A stretch of DNA of 64,000 nt from Gnetum montanum (lineage: Eukaryota > Plantae > Gnetophyta): contig MNCI01002249.1 of assembly GCA_015680685.1 (NCBI GenBank), positions 469,648-533,647 of the forward strand, written 5' to 3'. The number at the start of each line of letters is the position of its first letter. Position 1 is the stretch's first letter. Shown here one piece after another: positions 1-13,256 of the stretch. Position numbers and translations under genes: made by a program. The notes under the pieces are model-generated. The model was given only the letters and a program-made list of their open reading frames with translations. It searched no databases and had not been told where the DNA came from.

Positions 1-267
1 TATCCAATCAAGTTCGTCTTTATTGCCGTACACAACTTGGGTTCAGGTTACAAGCTGCTCGAATAAAGAGCCGTTCACTCTAGGACTCCTACTGCGGGCA
101 CATGGGGAAAAATTCTAACTCTGGAGTAATCAATCTGCCAGAGCTTCACTACACTAGCCAGGATTGGGGAAAAAGGGAAGTGCCACCTCTTATTTATAGA
201 AATGGCGGCGCGACACGATATCGCGTCGGTCGCGATATCGCGGCCTAGTGTAAACCGCGTCTCATCA
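1..267 (-). mobile_element. Young CpG-rich LTR (5' part; runs off window start), Athila-like family related to element J
   Basis: Minus strand begins TGATGAGACG at 267. It carries CGCGATATCGCG palindromes (215-242), a TATA box (rc of tatttataga, 191-200) and a polyA signal (rc of ctttattg, 18-25). The start resembles the LTR start at 50302. Confidence 0.8.
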
Positions 268-278
268 CCCAAGGACCA

Positions 279-543
279 TTGGCATTCCCCAAAGGCTTGG
301 CATTGCTTAATTGTTGGCATCTCCCAGTGGTTACATTCCTGGACTGTTGGCATTCCCCAAGGGTTGGCATTCCTTTATTGTTGGCATCTCCCAGCGGTTA
401 CATTCCTAGACCATTAGCATTCCCCAAGGGTTGGCATTCCTTAACTGTTAGCATCTCCCAGTGGTTACATTCCTTGATCGTTGACATTCCATAGCAGTTA
501 GCATTCCTTGACCATTGACATTCCCAAGTGGTTGGCATTCCTT
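279..543. repeat. Higher-order tandem repeat: ~17-bp monomer (TTGGCATTCC...) arranged as ~67-bp tetramers
   Basis: The four monomers ttggcattccccaaggg / ttggcattcctttattg / ttggcatctcccagtgg / ttacattcctagacca recur from 279, 347 and 414, followed by degenerate monomers. Confidence 0.9.
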
Positions 544-626
544 GGATGTGAGCCTTTTTAAGCACGTGGCATTTGGCATTTTGGCATCTTGGCACTAAGC
601 TCCATGGGCGGACGAGACCCACAACA

Positions 627-1191
627 ATTAAGATTATTTCTTATCATTATAGAATTTTGTCTTAAAATAGATTTTAATTTTTCACACCTTTTATATTCTT
701 ATGTAATATAGATTAATGTTTACTTTTCATGGGTTGTAATTTGGTGAAATGGATATGAATGGTTTTAAGCATAATGTATAATCACTTAGTAATCCAATAG
801 TAATGCTGCTTGATCTACCTAGTAGCTTATTACTTAAAAATCCTAGTAATGACTACACTCGTCTATGATGTGTATGAAAAATCTAGAATATATGCTCATT
901 GCCATTAAATTAAATTAGAGTTCATTTCATCATTTATTATTTAATTAGATAATTTCTATAAATTTACAATTAGTTAATACCCTACATAATATCTATTCAT
1001 GTAATAGTTTACAATGAACTAAATCATATGCATAAGAACCACCTATAGTTAAGGTGGGAAGATAATGATAAATTATCTAACAAATAACTTCATAAGTAAT
1101 TGTATTAGCTTTTATCTATGGATTACAACATGGTTACTTGTAATGCTTCTATATTATGTGGTTGGGCATAGGGACTGCATGCCACTCATCA
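627..1191 (+). mobile_element. Old partial LTR (3' half)
   Basis: Ends ggttgggcataggg...ccactcatca like the other LTRs and has the family's TAATCCNAGTA U5 motifs at ~790-850. The left boundary is uncertain. Confidence 0.65.
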
Positions 1192-2308
1192 CTATGCATT
1201 AAGAATTAAGAATGCAAAGAGCATCTATGGTAGCCTATTACTTTAAACTAGTAGATCCATAAAACATGCAAAAAAAATAAAAATAGAAAAATCCATGAGT
1301 AAACCTTTGTGATTCTTGTAATATAACATCTACTTTATGGTATGGAGGAAAAAGCATGAGAAAATTCATTAGAAATTCTGGCTTGTATGCCAAGAAATAC
1401 AATTAAACATTGACAAAAATACTTGAATTAATAACATTCTTTTTACACATTCATGCATATAAATTAAACATAAGCATAGAATTAAAATATGAATTTAGCA
1501 TATCTTGGATGTATGACCTTCATCTCTTCAAGGTATCTTGAGCTTTGAAATATTTGAGAAATTGAAAAATCATGATGGCTTTGAAACAATGTAAAAAATG
1601 ATTGTGAAAGTAAGAATTTTATAGTAATTATATGTACATTGTTAGAGAATTTAGGTGTGAGAATTCAACTAAAAGGGTATGCAATAGGAAGGGCTTAATT
1701 ATGAGAATCATGATTGTAAGAACAAAAGAATGAAGAACTCTTCATGGAGCAAAACTAATGCATCCCTTCAAAGGGATACTCTAGAAACCCTAATATAAAA
1801 GTTTCATTAATCCCCTCATTTCCTTTTTGTCTATATACTCAAACTATGCTATTCTTAAGCTATTTTTCACTTTTTCATGGTTATCTTAGTCTTCTTCTTA
1901 GTACATAACTTTTGCATAAAAACTTTACTAACTATGTGACTTTGAATGCTTTGAAAAACACAAGACAAAGTTTGAATCTTATCCAAAAGCCTAATCCTAT
2001 TTTTCTAGATTAATGAATGCTTCCTATAGTACAAGTAAAAACTTGCATAGAATCTTCTATCTTCTCTAATTTCTTTTTTGTTGTTTGGACTTTTTTATCT
2101 TTGACATTAACTTGATTTTTCATAACTTAATATATTCCTCTATAATTCTTCTAATATATCCTAATGGTTATATTTCTTGGGGTGTGCCTATAATAAAATT
2201 ATTTCATGTTTTAATATCCCTTAAAAATTAAGCATTTTTATAATATTTGATTTATCAATGTTACCAAATATTCGTTGCTTTCATTTATATGTCTCACTCT
2301 ACTTGCCC

Positions 2309-5300
2309 ATGAATATCTTATTTTGGAATGTTCAAGGATCACTAATTGGCTTTAACATAAACATGCAAGCAATTTTCTCTCTAATTTAAATATTTCTTTT
2401 GATTTTATTTTTTTAGGAAATTAAGATTTTAGTTAAACATTTATTTTCTTTCAACCCATTTATTTATTTGTCACTCATTAGTTATTACTACTTCTCATGA
2501 GTGTAGAATACGTCGTGTTGACATTTTTTGTTCCTTTTATTTGAAAGATAAACTTATACAAAGTGGTTCTGATTTAGATCACAAAGTTATTTGGCTGATC
2601 TTCTCCTCCTCATATGATCCTTTTGGTATATTTTCAATTTATGCCTCTAATGATTCTATAAAACATGCTCTTATGTGGTAAGAACTTGCAATCTCTCTTC
2701 CCACTGTTCCTTTGTGATGAGCATTAAAGTGTCATGTCAACGAGCCCTTGTTTACTTATTTTTGCCCTATCAACAAGGCCATGTCAACGTAGCATTCGCT
2801 ACATCTACGAGACCCCATCAATGTAGCCCTATAACAAAAACTATATATATGATCTCACAACCATGTTTATGGAGAGTCAAGTCATAGTAGTAGCCAAACT
2901 CTTGCAGTTTTTACATTCAAAAGTTAGATTATTTTCCTGAGTGCCCGCAATAGGAGTCATTGAGTGTACGAATCTTTATTTAAGCACTATTGTACCTAAG
3001 CATGATAGTGTGTGCAATAATAAAGATGAGCTTCTTGATAAACCTTGTAGAATTTAATGTTTTTAATTATTTATTTAATGTTTCTCAGTAATTAAGCTAG
3101 TTAAGAAATTAATTGAGATAGGCTAAATAACAATTAAGTAAACACATAAGTACAACCACTTCGAGCATAAACATGTATTCGCTTGGTAATCCCAAAAGTA
3201 TTATTGCTTAGTTCGCCTAGTAGCATAGTGCTTGGTAACCTAGCAATGGATACATGGGATTAGGACATGTGTAAAAAGTAGGACTTGCTGTTTATGTTAG
3301 GACTAGTTAAGTAGTTAAATTAAATTAGTTATTAAATTACTTCATCTATCTACTTTAAGTACCAAGGAACATAAAACATAAAAAGAATAAAAATCATATG
3401 CCTTGATTACACTTAACCATACCCTTGTACATCACAAGTGTAATTGGGAAGACAAAAAATGACCATTCAGGCATGGTTCACTTCCTAGACAACTAGTATA
3501 CTAGAAGACATAATGTCTGCAGAATTCAATCAAATTGTGCATGAATGTTTCATGATTCATATGGTTGAGCATAGGGGTACCTTTTACTACTTATCACTTT
3601 GATTTTGGAGGTGATTTTAATATCCATAATTTTCTAATGACAAGTTAAGGGATGTGCTTTTTCTATTGCCAACAAATGAGTATAAAAAATGATCTAATTT
3701 TGAGTAAAATTTGTATCTTATAGATGTGGATGATGCTTCTTTAAGTGATCTTCTTCATAGATATACTTGGAGTGATATTTGTCTTGGATAAGCTCACATT
3801 TATAGTTGGTTTGATAGGTTTTATTTTTCCATTATTTTTTCTAGTGGGCTACTTCTGCTATTGTTGTTCATCAACATGCAACTCTATCAAGTCATTTTCC
3901 CATCACTAAGTTAATTCAGATTAATGGTAGTTACCTTAAACATAATTTCTATCTTTTTTGAATATAAAGTAATTGTTTCTCACCTCTTGCTACTCAACAA
4001 ATTCTCTTAAGGCTTTGGAATGCTGAACTAAGGCCCTCAGGTCAAGTGGATTGGATTCAATGGTGCCATTGTGCTATGTGTTAGACAAGAGTATGGAATT
4101 TTGCTTACTATTATGCTTAGGAAGTGGCTCTTATGTTAGACAAGAGTACAACAACATTTAATCTATTATCAAATGAATTTCAAATCATTTGGTTTGAGGT
4201 CCTTTCAACTTATAAGCTTGTGAGGATTTCGCTAAGGCCCAATTAGTTTTTTAGTAGTGGGATGTTTATAGGGCATAAAGTGCCTTAACCAAAAGTAGGC
4301 TTGGTTAAAAATTCAAGATGAACACCATAAGGAATTTTTTAAATGTCTAAATAATTCATCTTCTTTGCATTTTTTGGACAAAATTTCAATTGATGGTACC
4401 ATCATCATTGATCATAACATGAACTTTTCCTATGTTAGAAATTACATGGAAGCCTTATTTACTATAACCTTCATGGATATTTCTTCCTTTGAGCTAGCTA
4501 CTATTAATTATCCTATTTTGGTTAATCCTACTATATTGCAAATTTTAGATGCTAATATTACTCAAGTTGAACTTTAAGAGACATGTTTGAAAAAGAGCAT
4601 TGGTAAGGCTCTAGGTTATGATGGCTTCCTAATTAACTTTTTTAGGAATCATTAGGATCTTATAGGCAATGATATTTCTATGTTATTAGCGAGGTTTTCC
4701 ATGCTAGTTCTTTAGGGCAAACTTAAATTAAGGAATTATTTAACTTATGCCGAAGTTTAGGGATCTTACTTATACCTCCAATTGGTGACCCATCATGCTT
4801 CCTAATGTGTTGTATAAAATTTAGGCCAAATGCTTGACATTACATTTGAAGAAGATTTTGTATCATAGTATTTCTTCTCAACAAATAAGTTTTGTTCTTA
4901 GTCAATGTATTTTAAATGTTGTTGCTTAGGAAGGTCTTCAATGAACAAAAGAGAGAATCAGGATATTCTCTTTATTAAGCTTGATTATGCAAAGACTTAT
5001 GACAAGATTAAGTGGAACTTCATATTTTAGATCATAAGTAAACTTAGTTTTGGCCTTAAGTTTCTACGTATGGTGAAATATTTATTCTCAAATGTCATTA
5101 CTAAAATAGCTATTGCATTTACTATTAGTTCTCCCTTTTTTATTTATAGGTCAATAAGACAAGGTTTCCCTCTTGCTCCTTAACTATTCATTGTTGTCGT
5201 AGACTTTCTTTGCCATCAATTAAATTATGATATTTGAAATAAGGCTATCACTAGAGTTTTCCTTTTTGGTCCTTAGCTTCTTAGTCTGTATTTGATTTCT

Positions 5301-6915
5301 TTTTTCTTATTCAATATACACTTACTAGTCTACATCGCCTCTTGTTTTGTTTTCCATTTTGACTCTACTATTAAGTGGATTAAATCCTTTGTTTATAGTT
5401 TTAAAAATAATTACCATTACCCACTTGACAAAAATTGGAAGCTAATTTGGGAATTCCCTTTCATTTTAAAATATCTACTTTGACTCTCTTGGATCAAGTG
5501 ATGTTTCAAATTTAGAAGAAAATCGATAAATGAAAGACAAAACCCCTTATTGTTGCAGGCAAGTGTCTAGTTTGCAAATCTATTTGTGTTTTTACTTATG
5601 TGTATTCTTTGTGTTGGGCTTCCTTTCAAGCTGCTAATTAGAAGGTAGAATGATTATTTTGAGATTTCATATGGTCTTTTATGAATTCTCAAAAAGGTTT
5701 TTACTAGGTTTCTTGCGATATCATTACTCTCCCTAAGAAAAAGGGTGGTTTAGGTCTTTCAAATTCTTTCAAATAGAGACTTACTTTGATGGCAAAGTGG
5801 TTATTTCAGCATTTGGATGATTTTGAAATTATTGGAACTTTCCTTCAGCTAAAGCTACAACAAGCATTTTTATTTGGATGCTTTATTATTTTAATTGAAT
5901 TTATAATTTTCTTTACCACTATTTACATTTGGATGCCTTAGTGCAAAACATTTTCATGGCCTTTGTTGGACTAATGGGTTGAAACTTTTGCCTTATAAGT
6001 TGTATGTTTCATTTCAACTTTGGCACAACTCCTCAATTATTGTTAAGTGATGCAATAAGTTTTGGCACAAATAGGAATCAAAACAATTTTGGATATCCTC
6101 CTACAAGTGAATATAGAAGCTTCCTATTCTACCTAAAATTCAGTAGTCTCTTTAGTGTCTCCTTTACCAAGGTTTACCTATTGGCAAATGCCTTGAACAT
6201 ATTGGGGTTCACACTCTTGTTTACCCTATTTGTGGAGCTACAGATGGTTTGTTCATGTCTTTTGGTAATATCCTTTTGCTCAACACACTTGGATTTACAC
6301 ATGCAAAGTTATTCTAAATTGTTAGCTATCTCAAGATGATGTTTTTTTTTTTTTTTGACTTTTTGTGTATTCCTTTTATGAATTTTAATTTCTTTAGAAT
6401 GTTATCAAGCTTATTGTTCTATTTCATATTTGGAAGTGCAAATACAATATCATTTCTTAGAAAATAGAATATTCAAATATTTATTATTTGACTATTGTGG
6501 AGAAATCGTAAATCTTCCACCTTGTATATTTTCAAATTATATTCCAAACTCCAAAGATTTAGTTAAAGATTAATCAATTGATTAATCTTTTGCACCCTTG
6601 GTTCAGATTTATAAATGATAAAGGCTCTAGTGCAAGTAACCTTATTCAACAAAGTTCTCTTCAAGGGAGCTCTTCTTTTTAATTTTGGTTGTCATTTACC
6701 CCACTTGATGCTTTCTTCATTCTACTTGCATTGCTATTTATAGTTGATCTTTGGCAAAAAGTGAATTCTTGAAAGGGTGCTTCAATCCGTTGGGTCTTTC
6801 CTTTCGCATTATTTCTTTGTGTTCTTTCAAATGCTACATGTGTATTTTTTTATCCTTTCTATCTATTTTGTCAAATGCTACATGTGTATTTGATGCTCTA
6901 TTTTGATTAATAAAA
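2309..6915 (+). mobile_element. L1-clade LINE ORF2 pseudogene (APE endonuclease, RT, zf-RVT), interrupted by a solo LTR
   Basis: Motifs in order: MNILFWNVQG (2309), GGDFN (~3607), FDRFYF (~3810), GKALGYDGF (~4600), NW*PIML..VLYKI (~4780), KLDYAKTYDKIKW (~4977), RSIRQGFPLAP (~5148), PKKKGGLG (~5732), HVFW*YPFA..W (~6254). AATAAAA at ~6909. Many stops and frameshifts. Confidence 0.9.
2715..3596 (+). mobile_element. Solo LTR with perfect 5-bp TSD (CTTTG), inserted in the LINE endonuclease
   Basis: TGATGAG...TTATCA termini with CTTTG at 2710-2714 and 3597-3601. The LINE endonuclease motifs resume across the insertion. Confidence 0.9.
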
Positions 6916-7791
6916 CTTTTTTGGGGGGTTTGACACCTCTTACTTTTTACAACATGGAAGTTTCATTTATCCACTTTATTTTTTATATGTCCCATTGCTT
7001 TAAGTTCTTGATATTAGTGGAGGTCATATTTTTATAGTTTTAAGCCAAGGTTGAAGGAAGATACTCCTCAACTTCAAGAATTTTTGCTTCACACTTAGAG
7101 TTACTTTCAATGTAATGTGATTTATTGTAGAGATTTGCTAATTAAATTTCTCTACTTGTTTATTCAAGATGATATCTCATGCTCTACCTACAAGCTTGAA
7201 TGTGTCCTCATTATTTTTTCTTTTTCGCCTTTTTTTTTTGTTAAAAAAACCTTTAGTAGTAAGCAAAAACCCAAGAGGGTAAAGTTTGATTCATGACATA
7301 ACTTAAATGGGAGGTTTTTGGAATTGGTTACAAGGATGAAAACTTAAAAAAGCATCTGTACAATTAACTTTGATTTTCCTTTTATATTGTGATGGAGTTT
7401 TATCTCTCTTCATACCTTTTTATTATTATACTCCCCAATTTCTTTTATAATAAATATTATTTTAAGGTCCACCACGAACACCGCCTTCTAATACCCCTTG
7501 AGATGGCATTTTCACCCTCGAATAATGTAAAACATCCACCATTATTTGTTTATTACCGCTCTTCCCCCATCGTGAAGCATACATCTTAGTATTTAAGTTT
7601 ATTTTTAATATTAGGTTTTACAAAACGTGAAACGCGGACATAGGCAGGTATATATTTTAATTGCTTTCATATAAATGTGAGACAGCTATGTCCGCCAACC
7701 ATGTAACGGAACGACTGAGAGAGCATGCATGCAAGTTCAAATGGAAATACCTCCAGGTATTCACAAGTAATGCTGCTATTTTGATACAAGC

Positions 7792-7796
7792 AAAAA
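7792..7796 (-). terminator. Pol III terminator (T5) of the tRNA gene
   Basis: AAAAA on the plus strand, 6 nt past the discriminator base. Confidence 0.75.
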
Positions 7797-7802
7797 TTTG
7801 CT

Positions 7803-7883
7803 TGTCAAGAATGGGATTCGAACCCATGCCCTTTCGGACTAGTACCTGAAACTAGCGCCTTAGACCAACTCGGCCATCTTGAC
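7803..7883 (-). tRNA. trnL-CAG: tRNA-Leu(CAG)
   Basis: Reverse complement is GTCAAGATGGCCGAGTTGGTCTAAGGCGCTAGTTTCAGGTACTAGTCCGAAAGGGCATGGGTTCGAATCCCATTCTTGACA. A and B boxes, acceptor stem, anticodon stem CTAGT/ACTAG with CAG anticodon and variable arm are all intact. Confidence 0.97.
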
Positions 7884-9840
7884 TGACAATATTGAAGTGG
7901 ATCAGATCATTAATTATGTTATGTTTAAGCGTGTTCTGCTACCCCCGACCTAGTCGAACTCTGTAATTCGGTCCTCCTCCCTACATTGTTCGTTCAACTT
8001 CTTTGCCATTAAAACTAGTTTAAGTATATGTTTATGATACATAACCATGATTTCTTTCGGTTAAAGTTTTTTTTTTACAAATATAATGGATTGATTTTTA
8101 AATTTTTTTTGAATAATACACTAAGAAAATGTTGGAAAATATAATTTAGCTTTACAAAATCAAAATTTTTTTTGTGTGATTGGTAGTTGACTACTCTGAG
8201 AGGTGTAAGAACACAACAGAATGACTACAACCTAAAACATATAATTAATATAATAGTTTAAATAATAATGCATAGAAATTATCTACCAACCTTTTGTCAA
8301 ACAAAACAATGAGTTAACCACTTGAATTACTTATCTGTAAAATATTTATATAAATACATAGTTAACGTCATGGGATATTGATAATGGGTGGTAGGTTTGT
8401 TTTGTGTAATAAGATTTGTTTAGTTTGTCACTTTGTCAACTAATAAGAGTTTACCATCAGATCATAGCAATGTGCTATGGTAGCTAGTAAAAGAGATTAA
8501 ATGTGATCAAGTAAGCACATTGTGATCATGGTTGTAGAGAAAATTTAGTGATGCTATGCTGATTAATCAGTTAATAAAATACCAGTAGGGCTAACTTGCT
8601 TATGGCCAAGGTGGTGAGAGTGACTCCATAGGCCTTGTCAAGGACAACCTTGATGTCATTCATTCACAATGTCCATGGCTTTTTAGTTTTTACCCAATTG
8701 TCTATACGTTTATTTGATCGGGGTGGTTGTTTGCTCGCTCTTATTTCCCACCAACACTGACGCACCACAATAGTGCATCAAAGTGATAAGAGTATTGGTT
8801 TGAAAAATATAAGAAGATTATCGTTTTGAAAATTCTAGGTAAGAGTATTGGTAATACAAGAAGATTATCAATTTGAAAAATCTAAATCATAGGTTCAATT
8901 CTAACATGATTATTTAGAAGACCAATGCTTATAGGGAGGCCTTGAAAGGTTCATGGATAAGTGATCCTTATCTAGAGGCCCAAGGATACATGAATAGGCA
9001 ATCATAATTCTAAGATGATCATTGAAGGGTCCATGGAGGCTCAATACTCATGCAAGCAGTAAGGTGCCAAAAGGGGAGGCTGTTGGAGTATCTATGGATG
9101 AACAATCATTATGTAGAGGTCAGTGTGTAAATAAGGTCCATGGATAGGTGAAAAGGCAATGTAAGTTTAAAAAGGATTAGTGTATAAGTGAAAGTGTAAA
9201 TGATGCTTCATGTAGGTTCATGAAAGTCACTAGAAGAAAGATTAAAAAAAAAGAGAGATTAAAGAAGATCCAAAAAAATTGTAAATAACAAAGATTTATA
9301 GCTTTAGCTTTTTGTAAAAGTGAATGGCTAAAAGAAACTAAGTGATCCCAAATAATGAAATTACCCCATTTTTTTAAGACAACAGAAGAATGATGATAAT
9401 GAAAAGGTCTAGATATGATAGAAACGTGAAAGAAGAAAGCATAGTTGTACAAAGAAATCATGGAAATATAGGCAAATGATCGCATCGGCATGTGTGATGT
9501 GATAACAATGATGACATATGTAGAGCTGTGATGTTGTAGATACGATATCGTAGATGTGATGTTGTAGATATGATATCATGACTATCAAAAATAGGTTTCA
9601 TCATACCCCCATGACTAACTGGAAACTTGTCATCAAGTTAAAACAAAAGGAGAATAGAGTTCCTTACAAAATTAGGAGGTATACTCAAACTGTGATATGA
9701 CTACTTGACTCTGAATGTTGCATTGTGGTTCGAGTGGTGTTTTACAAAATTATCATGCATATCATGATGGGAACAAATGATTGTAAACAAAAAAAAAAAC
9801 AAAACAAAACAAAACAAAATTAGAGAGCTTGATAAAGTCT

Positions 9841-12800
9841 TCAAGTTCCCAACCGTGGTGGCTCCTCCATTGGCTTATTTCCCTTGTCATCAAGCTCTTG
9901 AAATTGGTAATAGTTAAGGAGTGCCTAAAGCTTCTCTTCCTCTAACCTTGGACCATGTATTGTCCATGCAAATTCTATAATGTTTGATGACATCAGTACT
10001 TCCCACGAGCATGGTAGCTATAGAAACATCATATTGGCTTTAACATACTAGGTTGCTAACTGCCTCCTTTCTTCTTCAAATGCTTTGGCCATCTTTCTTA
10101 ATTCCTAATAATCATCCATTCAATGGGCCGAGTTTGCTACTACATCTTTTTGACCTTGGTAATTGGCTTTACTATTTCAGGTTTAGAGTTTGCAACATGC
10201 AATTTTTGTTGGGCATCTTTTCTATTTGCAAGCTCTTTCTTGTATAATGCATATATGGGAGCTACCTACTACTCTAGCTCATTTCTCAGTCTACCTATTG
10301 TTAACATGGCTAGATTAGCATATCAAAAGTTTTCTAACCCCATGTACTTTGTGAGATCCTCGATCTTTAGGTTCTTATTTTTAACTTTAGCTTGGTGGAT
10401 ATGGGCTAGGCCATCTAGAATTGACTGCCAATTAAGTATTTGTGTTGTGATTGAACTAATCTTGGCCTTGGCCATCCGAATTTCCTTTTCATTAATTTTC
10501 TTGTACATGCCCACTTAGTCTTTGAAGTGTTCCTTGAGCCTTTTGTGTTTCTTGGCCTCATTTTGCCACTTGCTGGTTTCTAATGGATAGCGTGGACTTC
10601 TTCCATTGATAGGATTTGATTTTCTCTAGTAAGTTTATTTATGTCTTGGTTGATTTTGATGGATTGTTGTCATAATTAATGAATACTTTCTTTGAAAACA
10701 TTTTTTTGCTTTTCAATATTTGTCAAGATTGTATTATTAGCAATAAGTTTCTTATTCTCCTCTTTTAAGGCAGTGATGGCTTTGACATGTGCATATGTTT
10801 ATGCTTTTGCCATAAATGTATTCCACACAACCTTCTCCTTCTCTATTTCTACTTGAATATTTCTTGCTATGAGTTGTCTTACTTGTTCTATTTTGAATGC
10901 ATCTAACTTGTTTGGGGCCATATACTATGTAGGGTCTCTTCTTTCTATTTTAAAGTTGCTAACTCAACTTTTAACCTCTACACTTTATTTTTCACATGCT
11001 TTGTTTTTGTTTCTACCATGACTAGCTTTCCTTTTTCGCAATTAGATCAAATTGGACTACAATGATATCAATAGGGATATCAAAGAGATTTTGCATGACT
11101 TGTCCTATATACAATAGTCAATTGAGGAAATCTTTGTGTTTTGCTAGAGTCATAGATGTTTTGGCTAGCATTTCAACATCTCGTATTCCCATAATATCTG
11201 CCAGTGGCATAGTGGGAATGTTAAAGGATTTCTTGATGTGATCAATGATCACTTCTATTGCTCTTGTTGCATCTTGGTTTTTTATTACCATCATTGTGGA
11301 TCATTCTCTAGTTTCTAGCATAACTTGAAAAGATGTAGGATTCCTAGAAATCTATTGTGCCTAGTCATTATTCTCTCTTACCTATAGAAATACCTTTTCA
11401 CTAGCAGGCCATGTTGACATAATAGGCCTTACAGAGTTATCCCTAACTTGGTACAAAGCTGAACCTTCCCTTGCTCCCCAACTTATGGTTTCTATAATTT
11501 ACTACAAGTGACTCATGGAAGGCTTGTAGTCTTATTGTGCATGTGGAGCACTCCATCAAGGTTTGTCATTAGTAGGTGTTGATCCACTAGGTTTGTCTTG
11601 TTTTTGTTGTCTAGTTATTGGAATGTTACTTACTGGGCTGGATTCTACTGCTTCCTCAATGCTTGCTAGCTTCTCTAGTTGATCCTTCTTTGACAGTAAT
11701 GGTTTGGACATCACTGCATAGGATGAATTTTGGGCTTTTCCTAGACCATCATTTGTATATCCCAAAATCCTTGCTTACTTGCATAACTTTCTAATGAGAA
11801 AAGGGAATGACAATGTGAGATTTCCTACCTTCTTCTCTTTAAATCTTCTTCATATTTCTAGAAAGAGCAGATGTGCTATATTAGCATTAAATTTCCCTAT
11901 GAGAATTGCACTTCCTTTGGTGGCATAGGTGAAAATTTTGGTAAGCCTTTAGTAGGAAATATCTACACCAAATTCATAGCCATAGCTTCTTTACATCAGT
12001 GTTGGGTCTGGTGGATATCTGTGTCAAATTTGCTCTAACATTTAGAATATAAAGTGCCTTTGTAATGGCTTCAATTGAGTAAGGCATTGAGACTCCTTCG
12101 ATATTAATAGTTGCATCATCCTATTTTTTCTTCCAAAATTGATATACTTCTTTTAGGTACCATTCAATATTGCTTGATAGAGATAGCCATATAGGAGAGG
12201 CTTGGAGTTGGGTTTTTATGCCCTCAGGAGCAAACTCCATGAGTGGCTGAAAATTCAATTCCACAATTACTATGGACATAATGAACTTCTCTTAGATAGC
12301 TTGGAGGCATTCTATTGATAGTGTGAGACATTGTCCTTGCTCAAGATTTGGTGATGCTTCAACCTCAGCCTATGTAGATTATTTTGTGATAGGGGTTTGT
12401 TGGTGAATGTTGAAGGATTGGGCTTCCTGCTCCACTCATGGCATTTTTTCTCCGATTTGTCCTTTGCCTTGACCTCTTGGTCTTTTGCTTTCTTGTTGTC
12501 AAGGTCTCTTTTGTTGTGGATCCTTTTAGGTACCATTCAATATTTCTTGATAAAGTTAGCCATAGAGGAGAGGCTTGGAGTTGGGTTTTTATGCCCTCAG
12601 GAGTGAACTCCATGAGTGGTTGAAAATTCAATTCCAAAATTACTATGGACATAATGAACTTCTCTTAGATAGCTTGGAGGCATTCTATTGATAGCATGAG
12701 AAATTTTTCTTGCTCAAGATTTGGTGATGCTTCAACCTCAGCCTATGTAGATTATTTTGTGATAGGGGTTTGTTGGTGAATGTTGAAGGATTGGGCTTCC

Positions 12801-13256
12801 TACTTCACTCGTGGCATTTGTTCTCCGATTTGTCCTTTGCCTAGACCTCTTGGTCTTTTTCTTTCTTGTTGTTAGGGTCTCTTTTGCTGTGGGTACTTTT
12901 AGGTACCATTCAATATTGCTTGATAGAGTTAGCCATAGAGGAGAGGCTTGGAGTTGGGTTTTTATGCCCTCAGGAGCAAACTCCATGAGTGGTTGAAAAT
13001 TCAATTCCACAATTACTATGGACATAATGAACTTCTCTTAGATAGCTTGGAGACATTGTCCTTGCTCAAGATTTGGTGATGCTTCAACCTTAGCCTATGT
13101 AGATTATTTTGTAATAGGGGTTTGTTGGTGAATGTTGAAGGATTGGGCTTCCTGCTCCACTCATGGCATTTTTTCTCCAATTTGTCCTTTGCCTCGACCT
13201 CTTGGTCTTTTGCTTTCTTGTCAGGGTCCTTTTGTAGCAGGTCTTTTGAAAGCCAT
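9841..13256 (-). pseudogene. Extra (env-like) ORF of element A
   Basis: Collinear with 53760-56461 (...QLQASPLW..., ILIGKFNANIAHL, C-terminal DDKG...EEPP). Disrupted by stops and a 373-bp triplication. Confidence 0.85.
12151..13235. repeat. Tandem triplication of a 373-bp unit
   Basis: ttttaggtaccattcaatatt starts at 12151, 12524 and 12897. The third copy has a 21-bp deletion. Confidence 0.95.

Noticed and set aside
279-543. CRISPR-like repeat-spacer array
   Set aside because: The intervening units themselves repeat with period 4, there are no unique spacers or cas genes, and the context is eukaryotic.
7661-7849. 62-aa ORF ending MGFEPMPFRTST
   Set aside because: Antisense translation of the tRNA gene.
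8770-8905. tRNA-derived SINE candidate (A-box-like and GGTTCAATTC B-box-like motifs with a ~50-bp internal duplication)
   Set aside because: The boxes are too degenerate, and there is no tail or TSD.
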